From NCBI GenBank assembly GCA_050246755.1, contig JBFWVL010000005.1:1-64000 (forward strand): DNA of 64,000 nucleotides, given 5' to 3'. Source of the stretch: Bacteriovoracia bacterium (GTDB lineage: Bacteria; Bdellovibrionota; UBA1018; CAIPTA01). The position numbers were made by a program, and so were the translations under genes. Under the pieces are notes generated by a model that was not told the DNA's origin, searched no databases, and worked only from the letters and a program-made list of their open reading frames with translations. Shown piece by piece: positions 28,187 through 37,409 of the stretch (position 1 is the stretch's first letter; the number at the start of each line of letters is the position of its first letter).

Positions 28187-29896
28187 TTACAGAGCCGGCA
28201 GCACTTTCGAATCGCGGTAGAGCGCGCCTTCGGTGATCAGCCCTCGCTGGCTGCGCACGAAGAGCTGGCCGGGATTGCCGGTGGATTCCAGGGTGAGAAT
28301 TTGGCGGGAAAGATCGCGGCCTTCCACGATATAGTCTAATTGCACTCCGCTGCCGGCGAGCAAAACGGCCGTGCGAAAGGTGAACTGATTGGCCATCATG
28401 GCTTTGCCAAAACGGGCGGAAGCTTCGGCGTAGGCCTGGTCGCTATCGGCTTGCGCCATCTCGTTGGCGGCTTCGTGCATCTCGGAGATGGCTACGATGG
28501 TTTCGTTCACCAGGGCCAGGCTGCATTCGCCTTCGTAGTTGGCGCAGACTCCGTCCACATCGCCTTTGCCGGTATTTAGGTAGGTATCGATCATACTCAG
28601 CACAGCGCCGAGCATTTTCGGCTTGGGCATCCGTTGGGCCACGTCCATGATGCGTTTCATTTTCGCTTCGCCGAACTGGGCGCGGAGGCTCACGGAGGCA
28701 TAACCGAGGTCTTCGCCTTTGGGGGCTTGGAGCACGAGGAGCCGGAGGCCGGTTTTACGCGCGATTTCTTTCATGGAATCGGTGAGGGAGGCGCCGGAAG
28801 CCTTATTATTCTCAAAGCTCCAGAAATACTGGCCGAAATAGCCACTCTTGATCGGCCGTGAATCGTTATGCGTGAGACGGAAGGAAGATCCGTAGAAGGC
28901 CTCGGTGGTGAAGTGGTGCTCGGTGAGGGCATTGGTCTTCTGTTCGTTGAGGTAGATGCCGTAGTGGGTGCGCAGGAGGGTATTGTTGCGGAGGGATCGG
29001 GTGAGGTTGAGTTCCCGTACCTTGCCGGCGCTGAGCTTGGTGTTTAGCAGGACCGGCACGCCGATATACATGGTGTTCAGGTTGCCCACTTGCTGCAGAG
29101 TGGATTTTTGGTAGGGGCGTACCGTATCGCTAGTGGCCGCGAGCTTCTGCGCCGCCGCGATATTTCCCTGGATCATCGATTCGAAGGTCTTTGCACCAGC
29201 GGGAGTAGAGATATCGATGCGGTAGGAGAGAGAATCGGCGATTTTGGAGAAGTGTTTGGTGCCGAGGTCGGCGATGACGTTGCCTACCTGCAGGCCCACC
29301 GCATCGAGGTGGGAGTCGGTGAGCTTTACGAGCACATGCGAAGCATCGAGTTTTTCCACGTGGGTTTGGAATTCACCCTGGGCGAGGATGGTGGCGGTCA
29401 CGGACGCAGCCACGAATCCCGCGCCGCCGAAAAATAGCACTCCGCCCTTGGTGGCATAAGAAACAGAATCGCCGTTGGCCCAAAGGCGCAGGTCTTGGGC
29501 GGAACGCGGGAGCGCGCGCTCCTCGAGGATTTTATCCACCGCGCGCAGATCGCGGGCATAGGAAATCGATTTCACTTCTCGGCCCACGATGGGGCGCAGG
29601 CCTACCGAAACAAAAAATCCCTGAGACAGGCCGGTGGTGTTTTCAGAATTCAAGGAATACTCGGCGCCCACGCCGAGCGCGCGCACGGAAGTGTTCACCA
29701 CACGAAAGCCCTGCGAGTAGCTTTGGGCCGCGAGGGACTTTCCAGGGCTGAGATTCACGATACGGGTGGTGGAGCCGAAATCTAGGTAGAGGGAGGGGAG
29801 AAGATCGGGCTCCCAATTTATTTGGGTGGTATCAATTGCGGCCTGGGCGGGAAGGCTGGCGAGGGCGGCGAGGAGGGCTAGTTTCTTGAAATTCAT
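28187..29896 (-). CDS. Large secreted hypothetical protein
   Basis: ORF 28187..29959, start MNFKK at 29896; signal peptide AQA; beta-rich N half, helical C half. Confidence 0.75.
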   Translation of the reverse strand: MNFKKLALLAALASLPAQAAIDTTQINWEPDLLPSLYLDFGSTTRIVNLSPGKSLAAQSYSQGFRVVNTSVRALGVGAEYSLNSENTTGLSQGFFVSVGLRPIVGREVKSISYARDLRAVDKILEERALPRSAQDLRLWANGDSVSYATKGGVLFFGGAGFVAASVTATILAQGEFQTHVEKLDASHVLVKLTDSHLDAVGLQVGNVIADLGTKHFSKIADSLSYRIDISTPAGAKTFESMIQGNIAAAQKLAATSDTVRPYQKSTLQQVGNLNTMYIGVPVLLNTKLSAGKVRELNLTRSLRNNTLLRTHYGIYLNEQKTNALTEHHFTTEAFYGSSFRLTHNDSRPIKSGYFGQYFWSFENNKASGASLTDSMKEIARKTGLRLLVLQAPKGEDLGYASVSLRAQFGEAKMKRIMDVAQRMPKPKMLGAVLSMIDTYLNTGKGDVDGVCANYEGECSLALVNETIVAISEMHEAANEMAQADSDQAYAEASARFGKAMMANQFTFRTAVLLAGSGVQLDYIVEGRDLSRQILTLESTGNPGQLFVRSQRGLITEGALYRDSKVLPAL

Positions 29897-30172
29897 CCGC
29901 GCTTTTCCTCGGTTGGCTGGTGGAGGGCGCACAATACCGCGCCGCGTTAGTTGGGCCAAGCTTATTTCTAGGTGGTCTACTTGATTGTTGTTTTTACGCC
30001 AATTCGCCCATGAGTTCGCGAACCTAGCTCCAACTGGTGCAAATCGGAAACCATTTTAGAAAATTGTTGAATGACTATGAGTAGTTAGAGGCTTCCATCA
30101 ACAATTAAGTAGGCCAGGTCTAAAAGGGCAGCGGCAAGCTGACGCGATACAAAGCCCCGCTTCCTCCCTTCC

Positions 30173-30187
30173 TGGCCCGAATTCTGC
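30173..30187 (+). promoter_or_regulatory. sigma54 promoter
   Basis: TGGCCC-GAATT-CTGC (GG-N10-GC), 50 nt before the OMP start. Confidence 0.5.
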
Positions 30188-30236
30188 GAACGAATCGAAG
30201 CCGTTCTTATTTTTAATTTATTCTTGGGGGTTTTTT

Positions 30237-30728
30237 ATGAAGAGTTATTTTTTGATGTTGTGCTTAGCGCTGGCACCCATGGCGGCTAAAGCAGATACGG
30301 GCGTTACGCAATTTGCCGTGAGCGGCCCGTTGATGGTGTTGGATGGCGACGCGTTCTGGGGAGCGAACTTTTCCGCGTTTCATGGCGTAACGGAAGATGT
30401 GGACGTGGGGGGCGAGACGGGATTTTTCATTCATTCCGCCAATGGCTATACCGCGTGGGTAATCCCCGTGATTCCCACCTTCCTCTACCATTTCGATATC
30501 GGCGCTCCCACCTTCAAGCCCTTCCTGGGATTAGGGCTTGGGGTAGGCATTACTCATTCGAAAGTAAGCATCTTAGGAGCTTCTTCTTCGGGGACCTCGG
30601 TGAACTTCGAAGGCTTGGTTCACCTCGGAGCGAAAATTGGGGAGAGCAAGCGTTTCTTCACCGACATGAAGCTCGGCTTGCTGGACTCCAACTTCGTGTT
30701 CCTGCCCACCATTGGCTGGGTTTTCTAG
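30237..30728 (+). CDS. Small outer-membrane beta-barrel protein
   Basis: Signal peptide AKA; amphipathic strands (KPFLGLGLGVG); C-terminal Phe. Confidence 0.8.
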   Translation: MKSYFLMLCLALAPMAAKADTGVTQFAVSGPLMVLDGDAFWGANFSAFHGVTEDVDVGGETGFFIHSANGYTAWVIPVIPTFLYHFDIGAPTFKPFLGLGLGVGITHSKVSILGASSSGTSVNFEGLVHLGAKIGESKRFFTDMKLGLLDSNFVFLPTIGWVF

Positions 30729-30753
30729 AAAACGGAAAAATAAAATACCGCAG

Positions 30754-30783
30754 AGGCCGCGCGGTTTCGCGCGGCCCTTTTTT
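30754..30783 (+). terminator. Rho-independent terminator
   Basis: GGCCGCGCG-GTTT-CGCGCGGCC followed by a T run. Confidence 0.8.
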
Positions 30784-30819
30784 ATTGGAGTAGCGCCGGC
30801 GATTGGGTAGGCTAGGCGA

Positions 30820-31377
30820 ATGCCATTTATTAATTTTTTTCTCTTATTCCTCGTCGTTTCCTCCACCGCTTTTTCCATGGAAAAAGCCCAGCACCGCGCC
30901 TTCCGGGAAATGAAGGGCGGCTGTGATCGGTTTCAAGTTCCACTGCAGGCGGAGTTCGCGGCCTGGGAAAAAACGGCGCAAGTGGTGCAGGCGGCTGAGG
31001 CTACGGAAAGCGCTCCCGCCCTTCCCATTGGGAATAGGATTGATCTGGCGCTATCGGAACAGAAAAAAGTAAAGCTAGCGGTGCAGCCCCAGAAAGTATT
31101 TGCCACTAAGGCCAAGACCTACGGGGGCCTGGCAAAATTTTCCGTGCCCAATGATGGAAAATACCGCGTTTCCCTCGGCGGAAAAATCTGGGTGGATCTC
31201 GTGGAGGAGGAGGGCGGAAAGATCGTGCCGGCCTCCCACTTCGAGATGCAAACGGGCTGCAAAAAAATTTTCAAGGTGGTGGAGTTCTCCCTCCGCGCCG
31301 GGGTTAATTATCTAGTGCAGATTTCCTCCAATCCCGCCGCAACGGCACCGCTGCTGCTTAGTGAGTCTGCGGAGTAG
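30820..31377 (+). CDS. Secreted beta-sandwich hypothetical protein
   Basis: Signal peptide; GKYRVSL..KIWVDLV, GC..IFKVVEF. Confidence 0.7.
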   Translation: MPFINFFLLFLVVSSTAFSMEKAQHRAFREMKGGCDRFQVPLQAEFAAWEKTAQVVQAAEATESAPALPIGNRIDLALSEQKKVKLAVQPQKVFATKAKTYGGLAKFSVPNDGKYRVSLGGKIWVDLVEEEGGKIVPASHFEMQTGCKKIFKVVEFSLRAGVNYLVQISSNPAATAPLLLSESAE

Positions 31378-31379
31378 GG

Positions 31380-32744
31380 TTGGGTTTCTTGGCTGATCTC
31401 CGCAATCCCACGTTCGGCCGCCTCCTGTTTCCGGAGACGGGGGAGATTTTCTCTCCCGCGGAAATTCGTGCCCGCGTGGAATCCCGGAAAAGCGAGTTTC
31501 ATGCTCAGGGAATAGAGCCTGGCGCGCGCGTGCTATACCCGGCCCATAGCACCGTGGGCACGCTGGTAGATCTTTTTGCGCTCTGGAGCCTCGAAGCCTG
31601 CGTTTGCCTCTTTGACCCACGCGCCTCCGCCTGGGAGAGAACCCGGTTCCTGCAAGCGAGCTGCGCAAATTGTTTCTGGAATGGAATGGTGCTGGAAAAA
31701 ATTGCGTCCACTTCCGAGCCTGCGCATTGGCAAAAATTCAAAAATCCCGCGTTGATCTCGTTCAGTTCCGGCTCGAGCGGCACCCCCAAGGCCGTGGTGC
31801 ACGGCAGAGAGGGGCTAGAGGGCAGGATTTTTTCACTACAAAAAGGTTTGAGTTTTCGTGCAGAAAAGGCGGCGCTCTGTTTGCTTCCGCTCAGCTTCGT
31901 GCACGGACTATTGAGCAATTCACTTACCCCTTGGCTGGCCGGGCTTGATCTGGCGCTATTGGCTCCGCCGGTATCCGCCCGCCTCGGCGTGGTTTCCGCG
32001 TCGGTGGATCGCTATGAAATTGATTTCCTCAGTTCCACGCCTTCTTTCTGGACGCTCGTGAATAAATTCGGAATTGAGCCTCCCGTGCGGAAGCTGAAGC
32101 GTCTCAACTGCGGAAGCGCACCCCTGAGCGTAACGGGTCATGAAATGATGCAGAAGTGGGGAGCGCCTGGTTCGCTATGGGGCTCCTATGGCCTCACTGA
32201 ATTTGGCACCTGGGTGGGTGGCGGAAAGCTCGACACCTACCGGGTGAGCCCGGTGGATGAATGTTGGGGAGTGGAACATAAAATCGAAGAAGGGCAGCTA
32301 TACCTTCGCTCTCCCCACGCGATGCAGGGGTATTTAGGCCATGAACCCCTTCCGGCCGGCTGGTTTCCCACCGGTGACTTAGCGCAGGCGAGTGGCGAGG
32401 GTTTCACCGTGAGTGGGCGAATCTCGAGCTTCATCAATGTGGCCGGCGCGAAGGTGGATCCCTTGGAGGTAGTGGAAGCCTTGAAGCTGCGTTTTCCGGG
32501 AATTAGCGAAGCCGTGGCGGTAGGGATTCCCCACGATATTTATGGCGAGGTGGTGGCCGTGGCCTTCGTAGCGGATTCTTCGATAGAAGAAAGTGCTTTG
32601 CGAAGTGAAATGCGGAATGGCCTGAGCGCCGCGAAAGTTCCTCGCTACTGGACACAAGTAAAAGAATTACCCATGCTCCGGAACGGAAAAGTGAATTTTA
32701 CGGAGCTGAAAGAGCTGTTTCTAAAGAAAAAAGCCGAGCTATAG
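31380..32744 (+). CDS. Class I adenylate-forming enzyme (acyl-CoA synthetase-like)
   Basis: FSSGSSGTPKAV, YGLTE, MQGY, WFPTGDL, INVAGAKV, LPMLRNGKV. Confidence 0.9.
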   Translation: MGFLADLRNPTFGRLLFPETGEIFSPAEIRARVESRKSEFHAQGIEPGARVLYPAHSTVGTLVDLFALWSLEACVCLFDPRASAWERTRFLQASCANCFWNGMVLEKIASTSEPAHWQKFKNPALISFSSGSSGTPKAVVHGREGLEGRIFSLQKGLSFRAEKAALCLLPLSFVHGLLSNSLTPWLAGLDLALLAPPVSARLGVVSASVDRYEIDFLSSTPSFWTLVNKFGIEPPVRKLKRLNCGSAPLSVTGHEMMQKWGAPGSLWGSYGLTEFGTWVGGGKLDTYRVSPVDECWGVEHKIEEGQLYLRSPHAMQGYLGHEPLPAGWFPTGDLAQASGEGFTVSGRISSFINVAGAKVDPLEVVEALKLRFPGISEAVAVGIPHDIYGEVVAVAFVADSSIEESALRSEMRNGLSAAKVPRYWTQVKELPMLRNGKVNFTELKELFLKKKAEL

Positions 32745-33506
32745 CGGCCACTGCGTTTTTTTTCGTCCGAATTCGCAGAGGGCATTGATGATCCAGCCTA
32801 TTATCCCTAACGCCAATAGTCCGGCGAAGAGCTCGACGATCGCGAATCTTTCCCAGCAACTGTAGATATAGAAACCAATTCCGGAATTGGCCGCCATCGC
32901 CTCGCCGAGCACCACCATGCTCAGCCCATATCCCGCCGCTAGCTTTAGGCCGGCAAAAAAATCCGGCAGCACCGGCTTGAACACGAAGTAGTAGAGGCGT
33001 TTGCCGAAAGGCACCCGAAAAACGGTGCTGAGCTCATAGAGTTGTCCGTTAGCGATTTTCTGCAGGGAATTTTCGAGCGCGAGATAGAGGAAAAAGAAAA
33101 TGCCCACGAAGATCAAAAAGGTTTGGGAAAGCGCGCCAATCCCCATGATCGTTAGCAAAAGAGGATGGATGGCGGCGCGGGGAACCGAATAGAGAGTGGC
33201 GAAGAGCGGCGAGAATATGCGGCGGCAGATTTTCGAATATACCGTGAGCAGGGAAAGCAAAAAAGCCGCCGGAATGGCAAGGGCGAGGCCGCCGAGGAAA
33301 CGAGTGCCGCTATCGGCCAGGGCCAGCGCGATCGCGGGCTGGGGGCCGAATAGTAAATGGAAAAGGGCGGGCAGTATTTGCGAGGGCGGAGGAAAAAAGC
33401 GCTGGTCGGCACCCATGAAGGCCAAGCCAAATTCCCAGAGCAGAAGCCATAGGGCCGCGCTGATCAGGCTCCAGCCTAACTCGATAGCGGAGTTTCGCTG
33501 TTTCAC
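32739..33506 (-). CDS. ABC permease, SsuC/TauC type
   Basis: FPPPSQI, TM helices, GEAMAANSGIGFYI. Confidence 0.88.
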   Translation of the reverse strand: MKQRNSAIELGWSLISAALWLLLWEFGLAFMGADQRFFPPPSQILPALFHLLFGPQPAIALALADSGTRFLGGLALAIPAAFLLSLLTVYSKICRRIFSPLFATLYSVPRAAIHPLLLTIMGIGALSQTFLIFVGIFFFLYLALENSLQKIANGQLYELSTVFRVPFGKRLYYFVFKPVLPDFFAGLKLAAGYGLSMVVLGEAMAANSGIGFYIYSCWERFAIVELFAGLLALGIIGWIINALCEFGRKKTQWPL

Positions 33507-34207
33507 GAGCGCTCCCCGCGCAGGTGGGCGAGCACGCGCTCGAAGAGAGCCGGATATTCCGGATGCAAGTGCAGTGCGCGAATCGAGGCAATGTCTTTCA
33601 CTGGAGAATCGATGCGCTCCACGATTTGCATCGGGGAGCGCCCGGCCAGCCAGATTTCTCGTCCGAGAAGGAGGGCTTCGTCTACGTCGTGAGTCACCAA
33701 CAGCATCCCGCAGGCATTTTTCGCGAGGTAAATTTTCGTTAAATCGTAGAGCTCGAGCTTTTGCGCGTGATCGAGGTGGGCGAAGGGCTCATCCATCAAC
33801 AATACTTTGGGCTGAGGTAAAAAAGCACGGATGAGGTTCAGCTTCTGCTGCATGCCGCCCGAAAGCTGCTGGGGAAAATGCGAATGGAAGGAGCCGAGAC
33901 CGACGGAATCAAGTTCCCGCTGGAGCACTTCATCGGGCGCACCGGAAACCGCGCGCAGATTTTGCCATACGGTAAGCCAAGGAAGAAGGCTCTGGTTTTG
34001 AATGCAAACGGAGAGCCGCGATCGGTCTGCCTTAATCGTGCCGGCCTCGATGGATTCTAGGCCCAGGATTGAGCGCAGTAGAACGGTTTTGCCGCTTCCG
34101 CTAGGGCCGATGAGCGCTATCCGGGAGTGGGAGGAGAAGGAGATGCTTAAATCGCGGAGGATCTGGTGTTTGCCGAAGTTTTTGCTGATTCCCTGGACTT
34201 CGATCAA
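33503..34207 (-). CDS. ABC ATP-binding protein, SsuB/TauB type
   Basis: GPSGSGKT, LLPWLTV, LSGGMQQ, LLMDEPF, VTHDVDEA. Confidence 0.93.
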   Translation of the reverse strand: MIEVQGISKNFGKHQILRDLSISFSSHSRIALIGPSGSGKTVLLRSILGLESIEAGTIKADRSRLSVCIQNQSLLPWLTVWQNLRAVSGAPDEVLQRELDSVGLGSFHSHFPQQLSGGMQQKLNLIRAFLPQPKVLLMDEPFAHLDHAQKLELYDLTKIYLAKNACGMLLVTHDVDEALLLGREIWLAGRSPMQIVERIDSPVKDIASIRALHLHPEYPALFERVLAHLRGERS

Positions 34208-34213
34208 TGCGCG

Positions 34214-35224
34214 CTACTTTCTTTTGGGAGCGGTTTTCCGCGAAGCCTGCTCGGCAAACCAGGGGTCCACAATTTTACTGGGATCTACTTTTTCGGTCAC
34301 GAAGCCGTGCTCGATATACCAGCGCAAATCGGCAGTCAGGGCCGAGAGGTTCATTTTTCCATCGTCGTTCAGGGCAGGAGGAACCATTTTCTCCCACTGC
34401 TCGGGTTTGGAGGCGTCGGTGTTCTTCGCGAGGATTTCAATGATTCGTTTCCGGTTTTGCGGCTGCTTATCTCGAAGCGCGAGATTCGTTTCTCTTACTC
34501 CGCGTAAATACGCTTTCATGAAACGCAAGCCCAGGGCGCGATCATTTTCCAATAAGCGCCCACCGTAGAGAATCGCCGCCGAAGTTTGGCCGGGGTAGTA
34601 TTCTGAGCTTCCCGCCTTGCGCACAAAGAGCTGGTTTTCCTCGCCCAGATCTACATAAGGTTGGATCTGCACGGCCGCGTCGATGGATTTACTCTTCATC
34701 GCGGCATTGATTTCCGCGTATGCCAGTTTATGCAGGGAAACGTCTTTGAGCGAAAGGCCGGCCGAGGCCAGCATCTTGTCGAGCAGAATCTGGAGCGAGC
34801 TGCCTTCGGTGGAAATGATCCCGATTTTTTTTCCTTTTAGCCAAGCGATGTTTTTGTATTCGCTCTCTAAATCCTTGCGAATCACCAAAAAGATATAATC
34901 CAGCGCTTTAGAGGAATGGCCTTTGTCGGCCACGAGCCGCAGTTTGATTCCTTTGCCGATCGCATTGAAGAGCCCGGCGTTCACAACGCCCGCACCCACG
35001 TCGAGGTCGCCGTTCGCGAGCAGGGTAGTCATCGGCAGCGCGGATTGTTTCATGATCACGATTTCGGCATCGATGCCTTCGTCAGCAAAGTAACCCATTT
35101 CTTTGGCCACGAAAACGGCGGCGGAGCTCGTGGCGTTCGAGCTGCCTACTTTGAGCTTATCGAGGGCAAAGGCGGGCGGAGCGAGGAAAAGAAACGTCAG
35201 AGCCAAGAAAACGATTTTTTCCAT
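34214..35224 (-). CDS. ABC substrate-binding protein, SsuA/NMT1-like
   Basis: Signal peptide; VAKEMGYFADEGID, LANGDLDVG, LKGKKIG. Confidence 0.88.
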   Translation of the reverse strand: MEKIVFLALTFLFLAPPAFALDKLKVGSSNATSSAAVFVAKEMGYFADEGIDAEIVIMKQSALPMTTLLANGDLDVGAGVVNAGLFNAIGKGIKLRLVADKGHSSKALDYIFLVIRKDLESEYKNIAWLKGKKIGIISTEGSSLQILLDKMLASAGLSLKDVSLHKLAYAEINAAMKSKSIDAAVQIQPYVDLGEENQLFVRKAGSSEYYPGQTSAAILYGGRLLENDRALGLRFMKAYLRGVRETNLALRDKQPQNRKRIIEILAKNTDASKPEQWEKMVPPALNDDGKMNLSALTADLRWYIEHGFVTEKVDPSKIVDPWFAEQASRKTAPKRK

Positions 35225-35236
35225 CTTTTCCTCTCC

Positions 35237-35656
35237 TTAACGCTTACGCGTATAGATCGTGAGCTCACCATTCTTGCTGGTGAACTCGAAAAAGTTTCCG
35301 CGCGAACTTTCGAAGGTGAAGTGCACGTCGGCGGGAGTGGGGCCTTCACCGGTCCAATGCGCGCGCCCTAAGGATTCTTTCGCGGCAATTTGTACGCTGG
35401 GAGAGGGGAGCAAACGAAAGTTGCAGGTGGCGCCCGTTTCACTGCGCCCGCAGTTGATGCGGAAACTCTCATCGCTATTTTGCCAATAGAGCTCGTGCTC
35501 GATGCCCCAGGCGTTGAAAAACTGCTGGATTCGGCCGTTGCGTCCGCGCTCGTTCACGAGAATGGCCACTTTTTCCGGGCGATGGAATACGGCCACGGAG
35601 TCGGCGGCGGCGAAGGCATTGGGAGAGGCAAACAATAAGGTAAGGAGGAAAATCAT
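35237..35656 (-). CDS. Secreted hypothetical protein
   Basis: Signal peptide AFA; one Cys pair. Confidence 0.65.
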   Translation of the reverse strand: MIFLLTLLFASPNAFAAADSVAVFHRPEKVAILVNERGRNGRIQQFFNAWGIEHELYWQNSDESFRINCGRSETGATCNFRLLPSPSVQIAAKESLGRAHWTGEGPTPADVHFTFESSRGNFFEFTSKNGELTIYTRKR

Positions 35657-35790
35657 GGAGGAAAAGTATGACGAAGAGGCAAGGAAAGCAAAGCGGAAGA
35701 TGGCTGCGTGGCGTTAAGATGGAGGGGGCTTGTGCGGGTGTCTGCCCGGGATTAAATTGGCCTAAACATTCATTCAGAAAGGTTATTTCT

Positions 35791-36072
35791 ATGAAAAATA
35801 TCTTCACCGCCCTCCTCTTCGCCGGCTTTTCCCTCACGGCTCATGCCGAAAAAGTGACCGTAGCCATCAACGGAATGCATTGCGGCGACTGCGCGGCTTC
35901 CATTCAGGAAAAATTCAAGGCCATGCCCGAAGTGAAGGACGTGAACGTTAGCTTTAAAAACAAGAACATGGTTCTTCACACGGCTGGCAAGCAAGACCTT
36001 ACCGATGAGAAGATCAAAACCGAGATTGCGACCGCGGGCTACAAGACCGGAAAGATCACGCGCGCGGAATGA
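35791..36072 (+). CDS. Periplasmic heavy-metal-associated (HMA) domain protein
   Basis: Start MKNIF at 35791; signal peptide AHA; GMHCGDC. Confidence 0.9.
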   Translation: MKNIFTALLFAGFSLTAHAEKVTVAINGMHCGDCAASIQEKFKAMPEVKDVNVSFKNKNMVLHTAGKQDLTDEKIKTEIATAGYKTGKITRAE

Positions 36073-37409
36073 GCTATTTAACCCTTCCTTTTCTTTCTCT
36101 TCTTTTGATTTCTGGTGCGCAGGCTGCCGAGCCTGCGCATTCTCACCACTCACCCGCGCCGAAAGCCGAAACGAGTGTGAGCCCCAAGCCGGAAGAAGCT
36201 AAATCCGAAGTTTTGGCCTATTCCGCCGCCCGCTGTTCCGACATGGAAGTTTGGGACTACGGCATGAGCATGTGTACGCCCTTCCCCATGGCCGGGATGC
36301 CAATGCGCATGGCAATGCTGCACGGAAATGCTTTTTTCAACCAAACGTTCGCTTCAGGCCCACGAGGCCGGAGTGCATTCACCATTCCCAATATGAGCAT
36401 GCTGGATTTGGGCACCTCTCTCGGCGATCGTCACTACTTCAATGTAGATCTGATGCTAACGGCGGAAAAGTGGACCTATCCGAGCGGCGGCTACCCCGAG
36501 CTTTTGCAGATCGGGGAAGAGAATCGCAATCATCGCCCCTACGTCGACGCCCAGCACCCGCATTCTTCGCCCCTCATGGGCCTTACCTTCAGCGATACCA
36601 TTGCGTTCGGTTCGGGCCGCGATCACGTGAAAGTATTTTTTGCTCCCCGCGGGGAGTCTACCGACGGGCCGATCGCCTTCATGCATCGTCCTACCGGCAC
36701 CGTAAATCCCGACGCCCCGCTCGGCCACCATATCGGCCAGGACGTGGGCCATATTTCCAGCACCGTGGCCGGCGCTTCGTTGCGCACGGGCGATACCACG
36801 CTCGAAGCCTCCACGTTTCACGGGGAAGAGCCCTCGCCGGACAAAGTAGATCTTCCCATCGGTATGCCGAATTCCTATTCGGTGCGTGTCATTCATGAGT
36901 TTTTCCCGAAAATTTTTGCGATGGCTTCCGCCGCGTACGTAAAAGAGCCCGAGGCTCACGGCAGCGGGCCCGATCACGTATGGCGTTACTCCGCTTCGCT
37001 CTATCGGCAAAAAATTCCTTCGGGAAATGGCTGGATCCTCCACGACGCGTTCATCTGGGGAATGATAAAAAATTACGATCACGTTTCCACCCTGCATTCG
37101 TTCGGTAAGGAATTCCTGGTACAACGAGGCCGCGCGAACCTATGGGGCAGGCTGGAGCTCCTGCAGCGAACCCCCGAACAACTGGCCCTCACCGGCGTGG
37201 CCGATCTGCACAGCCCTCGCTGGGTGGCCGCGCTCACGCTAGGGTATACGCATCGTCTCACGAACTGGGATAGTGGAAGCCTCGGCCTCGGCGGTTCCTA
37301 TACGCAGGATTTATTGCCAAGGTCCTATCGCCACGACTACAGTGGAAATCCATTTTCTGGAAAAATATTCCTGCAGCTCAGCGGGATGAAAATGTGGGAT
37401 CTGCTCTAA
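36069..37409 (+). CDS. Secreted/outer-membrane His/Met-rich protein, likely metal-related
   Basis: ATGA-coupled to the HMA gene; HSHH, MAGMPMRMAMLHG, DAQHPH, AFMHRP, PLGHH. Confidence 0.7.
   Translation: MSYLTLPFLSLLLISGAQAAEPAHSHHSPAPKAETSVSPKPEEAKSEVLAYSAARCSDMEVWDYGMSMCTPFPMAGMPMRMAMLHGNAFFNQTFASGPRGRSAFTIPNMSMLDLGTSLGDRHYFNVDLMLTAEKWTYPSGGYPELLQIGEENRNHRPYVDAQHPHSSPLMGLTFSDTIAFGSGRDHVKVFFAPRGESTDGPIAFMHRPTGTVNPDAPLGHHIGQDVGHISSTVAGASLRTGDTTLEASTFHGEEPSPDKVDLPIGMPNSYSVRVIHEFFPKIFAMASAAYVKEPEAHGSGPDHVWRYSASLYRQKIPSGNGWILHDAFIWGMIKNYDHVSTLHSFGKEFLVQRGRANLWGRLELLQRTPEQLALTGVADLHSPRWVAALTLGYTHRLTNWDSGSLGLGGSYTQDLLPRSYRHDYSGNPFSGKIFLQLSGMKMWDLL

Noticed and set aside
30820-31377. Assigning an enzyme function to this secreted protein
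   Set aside because: No catalytic or metal-binding motif is recognisable; left as hypothetical.
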